From positions 15,314,001-15,378,000 of the forward strand of contig OX597836.1 in the NCBI GenBank assembly GCA_951406725.2: a stretch of 64,000 bases of DNA, written 5' to 3'. The stretch comes from Octopus vulgaris (lineage: Eukaryota). Position 1 is the stretch's first letter. Each line of letters opens with the position of its first letter. The notes below the pieces were generated by a model. The model saw nothing but the letters and a program-made list of their open reading frames with translations, had not been told where the DNA came from and did not search any database. The position numbers and the translations under genes were made by a program. Below, one piece after another: positions 36,370 through 46,829 of this stretch.

Positions 36370-36543
36370 TTTCCATGGACAGCGAGGCTCACCAATGGAG
36401 AAGTTCTTAAGTAGATCAGGCCGAAAATGTCGCTAGAAGCTAGGATCACCAAGCATAGATTGGCATATTTCGATCATATTATGCGGAGAAAATCCCTGGA
36501 GAAGGACATCATGCTCGGAATGGTCAGTGGCAAGAGAGGAAGA
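36370..36543 (+). mobile_element. Short RTE LINE fragment
   Basis: TNGEVL...HRLAYFDHIMRRKSLEKDIMLGMVSGKRGR. Confidence 0.6.
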
Positions 36544-36545
36544 TG

Positions 36546-37690
36546 ATGGGTGCCAGTGAGCGGCAACGTGGGCGGGAGCAGGGGAACGAGCCAGGTTGGG
36601 AGGTAGAGTCAGGGAAGGAGCTGTAGACCAAGAGGTCTCGTAGGTTATGGGCTCGTTTGAAGGAGGGGGGGTCGGTTAGGGAAGAGGTGTGAAGTGGACG
36701 GGTCGGACTGGAGATGCCGGAAAGCTCGAAGAATGGTGCGTTGGAGAGGTAGGGTCGTGGGGTGGTAAGTGAGGGGGAAAAGGAGGCGGGAGACTACAGG
36801 GCGGGTTCGGGGGGAGAGAGCAGATGCACGGTCTACGGAACGTGCTCTGGAAAGGGCGGTGTGGATAGTGGTGAGGGGGTATCCACGTAGGATGAAGTGG
36901 CGAGCCATGAGTTGAGACTGAGTCTCAAAGTCATGGTCGTCACTACAGAGCCTACGTAGACGGAGGAATTGGGAATAGGGAAGGGAAAGCTTGGTGTGTT
37001 TGGGGTGGGAGGAAGAGAAGTTTAGGTATGAGTGTGAGTCTGTGTGTTTGTAGTGAATGGAGGTGGTAAGAGTGGAGTGATGAATGCTGACCGAAATGTC
37101 GAGGAAGGAGATAGAGGTGTTGGAGATAGTGGAGGTGAAGTGGAGGGCAGGATGGAAGGATTCAACGAAAGAGAGGAAGGAATCTAGATGTTCACGGGAG
37201 AGTGAGGTGGCACCGATAATGACGTCAATGTAACGACCGTATAGTTCGGGAGTGGGACCAGTGAAACTAGAGAATATTTGGGCCTCAACATAGCCAACGA
37301 ACAGGTTCGCATAGTTGGGGCCCATTCGCGTTCCCATGGCCACTCCCGAGAACTATTGGTAGAACTCGCCCGCGAACGAAAAGCAGTTAAGAGAAAGGAC
37401 AAGTTCGGCCAGACGAATGAGTGTGGAGGTGTCGGGTTCGGGGTTGGGGCGGCGGTCGAGAAAGTGTTGAAGTGCCCACAGTCCTTCGTGGTGAGGGATG
37501 ACGGTATAGAGGCTCTGGATGTCCATTGTAAAAAGTATTTTGGAGGAGCCGGGAGGAAAGGAGAAAGAGTGGAAAAGCCGGAGAGCATGGTTGGTGTCGT
37601 GGATGTTGGAGGGAAGAGACGCCACTAGGGGGGGGGGGGGGGGCAAGGACACGGTCGAGGTATTTTGAGATGAGCTCCGTGGGGCATAGC
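36546..37690 (-). mobile_element. Penelope-like element reverse transcriptase fragment, inactive
   Basis: LFTMDIQSLYTVIPH, GVAMGTRMGPNYANLF, RYIDV (catalytic D mutated), FLDI, YKHTDSHSYL...SHP...LPYSQFLRLRRLCS; internal stop; no GIY-YIG domain visible. Confidence 0.85.
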
Positions 37691-37712
37691 AAATAAGAAA
37701 ATAGAGAAGCGA

Positions 37713-37762
<50 letters not shown>

Positions 37763-38199
37763 TATGTATATTGTCAAACAGACTCAAAAGAGGCTGTTGT
37801 TGGCATGCGTCGGCAAGACTTTTACACTAAAACCAATAAAAATGCAGTGAACTTGCCGTAGAGAGTGGAAAATCCAGTTTTGAACAGAATCCTTTTTCGG
37901 GGAAAATTTGAAAGAAAAGAAATTTATGAAAGACAACAGAATTTTACATCAGCAAATTTTTTTTAAAAAATGGCAGTCACTGAGAAGGAACGCAGGACCA
38001 CGTGAGCTTCATACGTAAACCAGAAGTGGGAGGAAAAACAGTGTGAAAAGGGAAACTAAAAGAGTGATGGAATGAGGGGAGTGAGATGAAGGAAAGGGAG
38101 GGAAGTCGAAAGATAAGATAGAGTTTAATGAACAAAGCGGAGGTGTAAGAGGGAAAGGAGGAGAAAGAAAAACTCTCATTTAAACTTGTCCCATTCTAA

Positions 38200-38578
38200 T
38201 CTCTAAATATATAAAGCTGAAGTTGTCTGTGTGTGGCAGGTTTGGTAGCCTTCAACTAACACTATCTCCTCCGAGACCCTGCGGCGCAAGTTGACCAAAA
38301 TTGAGAGTATGATAGAAGAAGGCTTGCTCTTCATTCCGTAGAAGATAAAATTCAAATCAGACCATGTCAAGACCAAAAATTATTTGCATCAAAAAGGTGC
38401 TTTTTTTTCTATGAAAATCCCTATTTTTTTACGATTTTTTGACTGCTGTGTCGCCATTTTTCGGTGTATTTCAACCAGAAAAATGTTCACTTGATGCAAA
38501 ATCTTTACTTTTCAAAAATTCCAATTCTAAAGGGTCGAAAAGAAAACAAGCCCGAGCAACGCTGGGCTATACTGCTAG
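38200..38578 (+). mobile_element. Non-autonomous Helitron, third internal type
   Basis: A|TC start, CCCGAGCAACGCTGGG...CTAG|T end. Confidence 0.7.
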
Positions 38579-38760
38579 TCTTTCTTAAAATAAAACACGC
38601 GGGTGAAGTAAATCTCGTAGTGTGAAGAAGAATCAATACAAGCGGGTAAAACAACACAACGTGCGTTTGTTGTGGTAACAAGCTGTTAATGCTTCGCTGT
38701 CTGTTGATTGGCTAAAATTGCACAAATTTCCCAACTTTAATTCCAAATAACATCAAATTC

Positions 38761-39175
38761 GGCAATCTTTCGTCTCTAGTTGACCTTTCCGTCGATTTCC
38801 GTAAAAAAAAAATTATTTTTACATATGGGCTTGCGGGAACTTTTGAAGTAATGAGAGCGAAAGAGACTAAGAGAAAGCGATTGTATGACGAGGGAAGTTC
38901 TTTTGAAGTTACCGTGCATGGGAAGCATTGATGTATATGTGTGTGTTTGATGGGGTGTGGGAGACAGACAGTATGTTGTGTAAGTGAAGTGCTTCTGTTA
39001 GTATGTGTGAAGAGACAGAGTAATGTGTGAAAGAAAGAGATAACTGGAATTTTTTACTCGGTGTATGTGTATATGTATGTATATTACTTCAAAAGTTCCC
39101 GCAAGCCCATATGTAAAAAAAAAAAAAAATTTTACGGAAATCGACGGAAAGGTCTACTAGAGACGAAAGATCGCC
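38761..39175. mobile_element. MITE with ~90-bp TIRs and perfect 8-bp TSD (Merlin-like)
   Basis: TIRs 38761-38852 and 39083-39175 start GGC(A/G)ATCTTT; TSD TCAAATTC at 38753-38760 and 39176-39183. Confidence 0.8.
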
Positions 39176-39399
39176 TCAAATTCTTTAACTTACGAGATAA
39201 AATAATTCGTTGATCGTAATCAAAATTCAGAGTTGCATTGGTACACCAAAATTGAAAGCAATCGGAGCAAACTTAAAGGGAGGTTCATTTTGCGAATGAG
39301 AAAGGCTAGATCTGAATTTTTAGTCGAATGTATCGACCCTAGAATTTTTTTTTAGTTGATTTTCAACCAGCGCATGAAGTCAAGCTTAGAAAGTCTCTT

Positions 39400-39974
39400 T
39401 GATCTTTTCCTTTTGAACGGCACATGCCAACACAATTTCTAGTTAACTAAACACTTTAAAACCTCGTATACTGGTAGAATGTGTCAAAATAAAACATTTT
39501 TTTCTCTTGGCTTTCTTGATAAAATTGTAATTCGTTTGTTTAACGTAGTTTAATTTTTCGAATTTTTAACCAATCAATTGCCTCTAATTGAGCTAAAATC
39601 ATTTGCTGCGTCTAAAACTGAGACAACATCCTGTAACTAACCCTAACCCTAACCCTTACCCTCACCCTCACCCTAACCCTAAATTTTAGCCTTTCGTATT
39701 TTTTTCTTAATTGTTAAATTAATTTAAGGATAACAATTAAGAAAAAAAACACGAAAGGCTAAAACGAAAGCAATGGAAAATAATTTAAACAATTAACAAA
39801 CAAAATAATTCTATAATTTTATACACACGCTTTCTGTACGTATACATAACGAAATGCTAAAACGAAAGCAAAAACTCAAAACAAAAACAAAACGAATAAT
39901 TTTAGACACACGCGTAACAATTAAATTAATCTAACAATTAAGAAAAAAAAAACGAAAGGCTAAAATTTAGGGTT

Positions 39975-40005
<31 letters not shown>

Positions 40006-40248
40006 AGGTTAGTGACAGGATGTTGTCTCAGTTTTAGACGCAGCAAATGATTTTAGCTCAATTAGAGGCAATTGATTGGTTAAAATTCGAAAAATTAAAC
40101 TACGTTAAACAAACGAATTACAATTTTATCAAGAAAGCCAAGAGAAAAAAATGTTTTATTTTGACACATTCTACCAGTATACGAAGTTTTAAAGTGTTTA
40201 GTTAACTAGAAATTGTGTTGACATGTGCCGTTCAAAAGGAAAAGATCC
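39400..40248. mobile_element. Fold-back DNA element with ~325-bp TIRs containing (TAACCC)n-like repeats
   Basis: 39401-39725 is the near-perfect reverse complement of 39925-40247; imperfect 8-bp flanks agtctctt / tgtctctc. Confidence 0.8.
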
Positions 40249-40264
40249 TGTCTCTCCACATGCT

Positions 40265-40450
40265 AGAAATAAAAGCCAAATCTCTTAGTGCTGACTTCTT
40301 ACATCACTATTCTCTCCATGTGGACGTTAGGGGACGCCGGCTTATTGAAGACACTACCTCATTCGCCGTCTCCGGAAAGAATTCTTCTGTTCCTGTTATG
40401 AGCCTTTATTTCTTTGTGGCTGCTTTGGGTGATTCTTACCACCAGTTATC
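40265..40450 (+). mobile_element. Gypsy-like LTR retrotransposon pol (protease-end) relic
   Basis: ADFLHHYSLHVDVRGRRLIEDTT resembles the GADFL..Y.L.VD...RRL.D motif. Confidence 0.5.
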
Positions 40451-40889
40451 TCTCATCACACGATCCTTTACAAATTGGTACCCCGAGCTAAAAGATCTAG
40501 AGCTTTCGTTTCAACGGCCATTGAATTTTGTACGCTTCGCGACGTTCAACTTCAGGATTGCCTCTACATTATCATTCATCACAAGTGGGCTGCTTTGGGT
40601 GATTCTTACCACCAGTTATCTCTCATCACACGATCCTTTACAAATTCCAGAGCCTATAACTAAAGACTTCTTTGCAGCTGAAACCTTTTTAACTTGTGTA
40701 GTAGAATACATTTGTGGTCATTTGACTGCGGCCATGCTGCTGGAGCACCGCCTTTAGTCGAGCAAATCGACCCCCAGGACTTATTCTTTGGAAGCCTAGT
40801 ACTTATTCTATCGTTGCTTTTGCCGAACCGCTAAGTTACGGGGACGTAAACACACCAGCATAGGTTGTCAAGCGATGTTCGGGGGACAA

Positions 40890-41310
40890 ACATATACACA
40901 CACATATACATACATACATACATACATACATACATACATACACACATACATACATACATAAATACATTCATACATACATACATACACACATACATACATA
41001 CAACATACATACATACATACATACATACATACATACATACATACATACATACATACATACATACATACATACATACATACATACATACATACATACATAC
41101 ATACATACATACATACATACATACATACACATACATACATACACACACATACATACATACATACATACACACATACATACATACATACACACATACATAC
41201 ATACACACATACATACATACATACATACATACATACATACATACATACATACATACATACATACATACATACATACATACATACATACATACATACATAC
41301 ATACATACAT
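40890..41310. repeat. (ACAT)n microsatellite
   Basis: Direct reading. Confidence 0.95.
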
Positions 41311-41370
41311 AATATGTATGAAAACGATGGCATGAAAGACAATAAAGTGAAAGAATTCAGTGAAATTGAC

Positions 41371-41376
41371 TTTATT
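41371..41376 (-). terminator. Polyadenylation signal AATAAA of CFAP57 copy 3
   Basis: About 160 nt after the stop, homologous context. Confidence 0.6.
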
Positions 41377-41534
41377 AATTAATAACAATAACCTTTAAAA
41401 TAGTAATTACTTAACAGCACGGTTTTTATTGCTGAATGTAAAAACCGGCCGTTTCGTTTCGTTTTGTTTGAATGATTGAAGTCCAATGATCAAAAATTAG
41501 ATCCATTTTCTTTTTCGTTTTTCGTTTTTTTTTT

Positions 41535-44500
41535 TCATTTAGCTCGTTCCATTATAGACAGCAAACGACGGTTCTTTTCTCTCTCCAATTGCAACACTTC
41601 TCCCATTTTATTGCATTTATTTACCAGGACCTCATTCTCCAGAGAAGCGTTTTTCACGGTGCGGTTCAACTGGTGCTTCAGTTTGTGTATGCTGTATTCG
41701 AAATGGTTCCGCTGCCGACCCCATTCCACCTGTATGTTGGGATCTGTAGTGACAATCTTATCGACATTCCTCTCGATGTATTTGGCATAGAGGGCTTTGA
41801 TACTGCTCTTTAACCTCATCGGGTCTTGTATGAAGGACGTGCAGTCGATAAGATCGGCGCAGAACCTATCCAACAAAGCTGTTTTCCGATGTAGCGACAT
41901 CCGTTCTTTGCTCAATTCTAGAGAAGTGGCCGCCAGTTTCTGTTTCGTTTCTGCTGTCGTGTGGTCCATGATGATAAACTGTTGAGTGAAGTTTTCCAGT
42001 TCGCTTTGCATAGCTTTGATCTGCTCCTTCAGTTTCTGTTTCGTTTCTGCTGTCGTGTGGTCCATGATGATAAACTGTTGAGTGAAATTTTCCAGTTCGC
42101 TTTGCATAGCTTTGATTTGCTCCTTCATGTTACTAATTTCCACCTCCCTCTGTTCGATTTGCTGTCTCAGTTCGATGATCTTGTTGTACTCAAGTTCGCA
42201 TTTCAGTTTCTCGATTTCATGATTCTTCAACTTCAGATCATAGAACCGTTTCTCTTCGTCCTGTAGTCCGTGATCTTGGTTCTGTAGTTCTTTCTTTAAA
42301 CTTTGTATATCTTTCTCTAGATTACCTATAATAATGTTCAGTCTCTTTATCTCGAGTTTATACTTTTTACACTCTTCCTTGCTTTCTTTTAGTTCTTTGG
42401 GGAAAGCTAAGAGCTTCTTCTTCAAAATACTGTTTTCATCTTTGATTTTAGAATTGGAATATCTCTCGTGATACAGCTGTTGTTCGTAATCGGTTTTTGT
42501 GTAGACGATTTCCATATCTGCATCTTCCTCGATCTGTTTTTTCATTTCATCGTATTCTTTCTGCTGCAGCATAATATCCTCCAGGCGCTGCTCCAGTTTC
42601 TTCTCCACTTCTTGAAGTTTCCCTTCGTAGTGTGCTGTCAATTGTTCTTGTAGAAGTTCTTGCTTTTCTTCCAGTTCTTGTACCTGTTGGTCATGTTCTT
42701 CTTGCAGTCTTAACAACCTATTATGAAGATCCTTGAATTTTTCATATTCTTCTAATAACTTTTTATCGTTGGCAGATTCGATGAACTGAAGTTCTCTGCA
42801 GTGCTTTTCCAGCATTTCTGTCATTATCTCGTCATGTCTGGATTCCTGTTTGGTTTTGTCATTCTGTAGGGCTTGGTTTTTGGTTTTCAAATTTTCCATT
42901 TCTTGAATAAATGTTTCGGTCATCTCTCTTATTTTGTCGTTGTAGCTCATGTCTTTGAGATGCATCTGGTATTCGTTTTCCATGTTAAGTTCTTCTACAC
43001 GAGATTTCAGCTCTGCAAGCGAACTATTTTTTTCTTCCAAATCGGACCTTGGGATTAAGATCTCCTCGGACCAAATAGTACTCCGGTCACGTTTCAAAGC
43101 CCGACTTTCAGCAACGTTTACCTTCCATATTGCTATCGAGGCATCTTTTGATGTTGAGATTAAGTATCGATCATCAGTTGTAAAAGTCATGTGTGTAGTG
43201 TCGAGACTATGACATGGATAATCAAGCCATCTTCCCGGAAGCATTATAGGATACTCCAAGCTTCTTATATAACCATTATTAGTTCCAACAAATAGCATTG
43301 TATTGGACCATGACAGAGCAATTGAAGTGAAAAGCACGTCACCCGATGGAAATGTTCGCAGTATGTCAGACTCGTGGATTTCTTTCATAGAATAATCTGA
43401 GCCTACGGCATAGAAATTCTTGTTTTCGAAATTTATAATGACATCGTTATAGGCGCAGGATTTCAAGACACACTGACCAATTCGTTTCCCGGTTTTTAAT
43501 TCCCAGTCATAAACAGCCCCATCCAAACCGCATGAGATTAGATTATTATCATCCATACACCAAGCGGTAGCTTGAACTTTACCGTTGTGACCTTTCAGGT
43601 TGGCCAGCATTTCGAAAGTAATCGACGAGTATACCTGTATAAAGTTGTTGTTGACCGCCGCGAACATGTGCCCACCTCGACTGAAGTTGCAATGTGTACA
43701 CATGCGGATACTGAATTCCTTAAACTGTTTGAAGTCGTCTCTGAGAATATACATGAAACGTAATTTGTCGCTGAAACCTGCCAGAAGAAATAGTCCCATT
43801 GGGTGCATAGATATGCTGTATACTTCTTCTGAAAAGTCTTTAGAAAGTTCTAAGGTAAACGTTTCATAGTTCCACACTTTTATGGAACCGTCCAGAGAGC
43901 TGGTTGCAATGAGAGGCTTCCACGAGCAGACACAACAGCCAGTGACAGATTTATAATGGAAAGGCTGTACTAAAACATCAAACACGCTCGTCTGCTTCAT
44001 ATATTTCGTTTCAGGTGGATTAACTTGTGTAGAATACATTTGTTTCATATTGGTGCTAATAACGAGAACATCCTCCGTTGGATTCACCACCATCCATTTT
44101 ATTACCTGGTCGCATAATTTGTTATTGTCCAATGTATCTGACGGTAGCAAAACATCCCTAACAAACTTGTAATTATCTTTGTCTTCAACTCTTTCAAAAA
44201 ACTGCACATATTGCGTACCACACGCTGTAATAAACCCTTTAGAATAACTTACGATTGCTGTCACTCCGTGCGTCCTTGCAGCATCGTTTGGAATATTCAA
44301 ATATTGGAATACGTTAAAATCGAGTCTTAAATCCGTACCTTCAATAAACAACACTCTTCCATTGCCTGTACCCACCAAAAGACGCTCGTTCGCATCCCAA
44401 CAATAGCATTTGAAATCTCGAGGTTCGATCTTCGGGAAATTGAACTGTTTGAGGTTACCTTCGACGAATCGGAATGATTTTAGAAGTCCATTACCAAAAG

Positions 44501-45008
44501 CATACACGTTAAGATGATCCTGCGGATTGAAGCTGATAAAATTAAGAGTCTCTGGTACCGCAGAATTCGTGACTTTGGCTGTTATGAGTAGCCTCGATTT
44601 TTCCCATGACCAGTAAAGGAGAGTTCGTGATGGATCGTCACATATCGCTATGATGCATCGAGAATCAGATGAAAAAGACAAACTAACTATTTTACAAGAA
44701 AATAATTCCGGACAAACTAATGTCTTCTTTTTCCGGAAAGCAAACAAATCAAGAATGTTTACAGACGGTTTCTCGTATTTCAAACCAACAGCGGTATAGC
44801 TACGGTTAGGACTAATAGTCATGGCAGTTATTTCAGCTCCTTTCTCTGATGCTAAGAGCAATCGCATGGTCTTCTGTTCGGTGTTATAAAAGACACAGTA
44901 ACATCCACACGGATAAAGGATCGTTTGTTCATCAAGATAAAAGACATTGCTAGAAATATCCGAGTTGATTCCAATCAAATATTTTATTGTCGCTGTAGAG
45001 ATAGACAT
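41535..45008 (-). CDS. CFAP57: CFAP57 (WDR65) paralog, copy 3, intronless, most canonical-looking copy, internal 32-aa duplication
   Basis: 1157-aa uninterrupted ORF; WD40 motifs plus the typical coiled-coil signature EEILIPRSDLEEKN...KSRVEELNMENEYQMHLKDMSYNDKIREMTETFIQEMENLKTKNQAL and KQIEEDADMEI. Confidence 0.92.
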   Translation of the reverse strand: MSISTATIKYLIGINSDISSNVFYLDEQTILYPCGCYCVFYNTEQKTMRLLLASEKGAEITAMTISPNRSYTAVGLKYEKPSVNILDLFAFRKKKTLVCPELFSCKIVSLSFSSDSRCIIAICDDPSRTLLYWSWEKSRLLITAKVTNSAVPETLNFISFNPQDHLNVYAFGNGLLKSFRFVEGNLKQFNFPKIEPRDFKCYCWDANERLLVGTGNGRVLFIEGTDLRLDFNVFQYLNIPNDAARTHGVTAIVSYSKGFITACGTQYVQFFERVEDKDNYKFVRDVLLPSDTLDNNKLCDQVIKWMVVNPTEDVLVISTNMKQMYSTQVNPPETKYMKQTSVFDVLVQPFHYKSVTGCCVCSWKPLIATSSLDGSIKVWNYETFTLELSKDFSEEVYSISMHPMGLFLLAGFSDKLRFMYILRDDFKQFKEFSIRMCTHCNFSRGGHMFAAVNNNFIQVYSSITFEMLANLKGHNGKVQATAWCMDDNNLISCGLDGAVYDWELKTGKRIGQCVLKSCAYNDVIINFENKNFYAVGSDYSMKEIHESDILRTFPSGDVLFTSIALSWSNTMLFVGTNNGYIRSLEYPIMLPGRWLDYPCHSLDTTHMTFTTDDRYLISTSKDASIAIWKVNVAESRALKRDRSTIWSEEILIPRSDLEEKNSSLAELKSRVEELNMENEYQMHLKDMSYNDKIREMTETFIQEMENLKTKNQALQNDKTKQESRHDEIMTEMLEKHCRELQFIESANDKKLLEEYEKFKDLHNRLLRLQEEHDQQVQELEEKQELLQEQLTAHYEGKLQEVEKKLEQRLEDIMLQQKEYDEMKKQIEEDADMEIVYTKTDYEQQLYHERYSNSKIKDENSILKKKLLAFPKELKESKEECKKYKLEIKRLNIIIGNLEKDIQSLKKELQNQDHGLQDEEKRFYDLKLKNHEIEKLKCELEYNKIIELRQQIEQREVEISNMKEQIKAMQSELENFTQQFIIMDHTTAETKQKLKEQIKAMQSELENFTQQFIIMDHTTAETKQKLAATSLELSKERMSLHRKTALLDRFCADLIDCTSFIQDPMRLKSSIKALYAKYIERNVDKIVTTDPNIQVEWGRQRNHFEYSIHKLKHQLNRTVKNASLENEVLVNKCNKMGEVLQLEREKNRRLLSIMERAK

Positions 45009-45076
45009 TTTAAATAGAAATAAATTCCCTGACTTTCCCGGTCGCTTTTATTATAAGTTAAAAGTGAAATTAAATC

Positions 45077-45104
45077 TGACGTCACATGATGCTAGTCAGG
45101 TGAC
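45077..45104. promoter_or_regulatory. Palindromic CRE (TGACGTCA) overlapping E-box GTCACATGA, with second E-box-like GTCAGGTGAC, upstream of CFAP57 copy 3
   Basis: Motifs lie 70-95 bp 5' of the ATG at 45008. Confidence 0.45.
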
Positions 45105-45676
45105 TGAAATTTTATTCAAATGAAGACAGTTTCCCATTTTTTCCTATTATTTCGACATTCTGATATTTTTTTGATTTATTAATTAATTTATTTATTTACT
45201 AAAGTTCTGTTATGCTACCAACACACACGGACACACTCACACACACACATTTCTGACGAATGAAAAGCATACAACTCCCAACGAATTTCACGTACATACA
45301 CGCATCTTTTAACGAATTTGAGGTACACACATATACACACTCACTTACTTTTGATGAATTTAAGGCAGAAATACACACACGCATCTTTTGACGAATTAAA
45401 AACACGCACGTCCACATACACACGCATACGAACACACTCACATACCACTACACATCTACATACACACACGCGCGCACACAACTACGCACACACCTGCACA
45501 CACACACACTCACACACACACACACACACACACACTCACATACACACATGTTTTGAGGAATTTACAAAACACTACACACTTATACACAGACTTTTTAAGA
45601 ATTTTATGGTTCACACGCACATACATCTTTTAACAAACTTAATACACACATACACAAACATATATTTTTATATCTG

Positions 45677-45925
45677 TGGAGGAGCGTGGCTTAGTGGTTA
45701 GGGTGTCAACATCATGATCGTAAGATTGTAGTTTCGATTCCTGGACTGGGCGACGCGTTGTGTTCTTGAGCAAAACACTTCATTTCACGTTGCTCCAGTC
45801 CACTCAGCTGGCAAAAATAAGTAACGCTGCGATGGACTGGCATCCCGTCCAGCTTGGTAACACATACGCCAGGGAAACCGGGAAATCGGGCCCATGAGCC
45901 TGGCTAGGCTTTAAAAGGGTGCATT
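45677..45925 (+). mobile_element. SINE family C
   Basis: tRNA-like head, core TGTGT(T/C)CTTGAGCAA.ACACTT...TTGCTCCAGTCCACTCAGCTGGC shared with 50993-51312. Confidence 0.75.
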
Positions 45926-45985
45926 TATTATTTATTTATCTTTATATTGTGAAATGATAAATATAAGGATAAATAAATAATAAAT

Positions 45986-46386
45986 AGGCGCAGGAGTGGC
46001 TGTGTGGTAAGTACCAACCACATGGTTCCGGGTTCAGTCCCACTGCGTGGCATCTTGGGCAAGTGTCTTCTGCTATAGCCTCGGGCTGACCAATGCCTTG
46101 TGAGTGGATTTAGTAGACGGAAACTGAAAGAAGCCTGTCGTATATATGTATATATGTATGTGTGTGTGTATGTTTGTGTGTCTGTGTTTGTCCCCTCACC
46201 ATCGCTTGACAACCGATGCTGGTGTGTTTACGTCCCCGTTACTTAGCGGTTCGGCAAAAAGAGACCGATAGAATAAGTACTGGGCTTACAAAGAATAAGT
46301 CCCGGGGTTGAGTTGCTCGATTAAAGGCGGTGCTCCAGCATGGCCGCAGTCAAATGACTGAAACAAATAAAAGAGTAAAAGAGTAA
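45986..46386 (+). mobile_element. SINE family A, full length
   Basis: Matches the other copies. Confidence 0.88.
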
Positions 46387-46829
46387 ATGCGTCCTTTTAA
46401 AGCCTAGCCAGGCTCATGGGCCCGACTTCCTGGTTCCCATGGCGTATTTCACAATAGAGTTATTGATAAGTTCTTTTAACGTTGGTCATAGCAATCTGCT
46501 CGAGACCTCTTGCTTCGGTAGCATAAACTTACTGTTTTAAACTAATCTAAAAACATTCCATCAAAATTTACACCTTACACCAGATAGTTATTTTACTAAA
46601 TCTTTCATTATTTTCAAAATTAATTGAAACAAAAGTGGTGAATTTCAAGAGAAATTTGGTAATAAAAGGATTAAATATTTTATGACTCTATCAGTCCCTG
46701 TTGTTCTGTGACTCACCGGAGACCACTCCTTGATTCTACGATACAAACTTCTTGTTTCAAACTGATCTAAATTAAAACCATCCATGAAAATTTCTCATTA
46801 ATTTAGGTTCCAAACACCAGCTCAATAAT

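Noticed and set aside
39636-39682. (TAACCC)n telomere-like tract
   Set aside because: Short, degenerate and mirrored inside transposon TIRs; not a chromosome end or fusion site.
24697-43869. Plus-strand ORFs overlapping the CFAP57 copies, some similar between copies
   Set aside because: Antisense shadows of the conserved coding strand.
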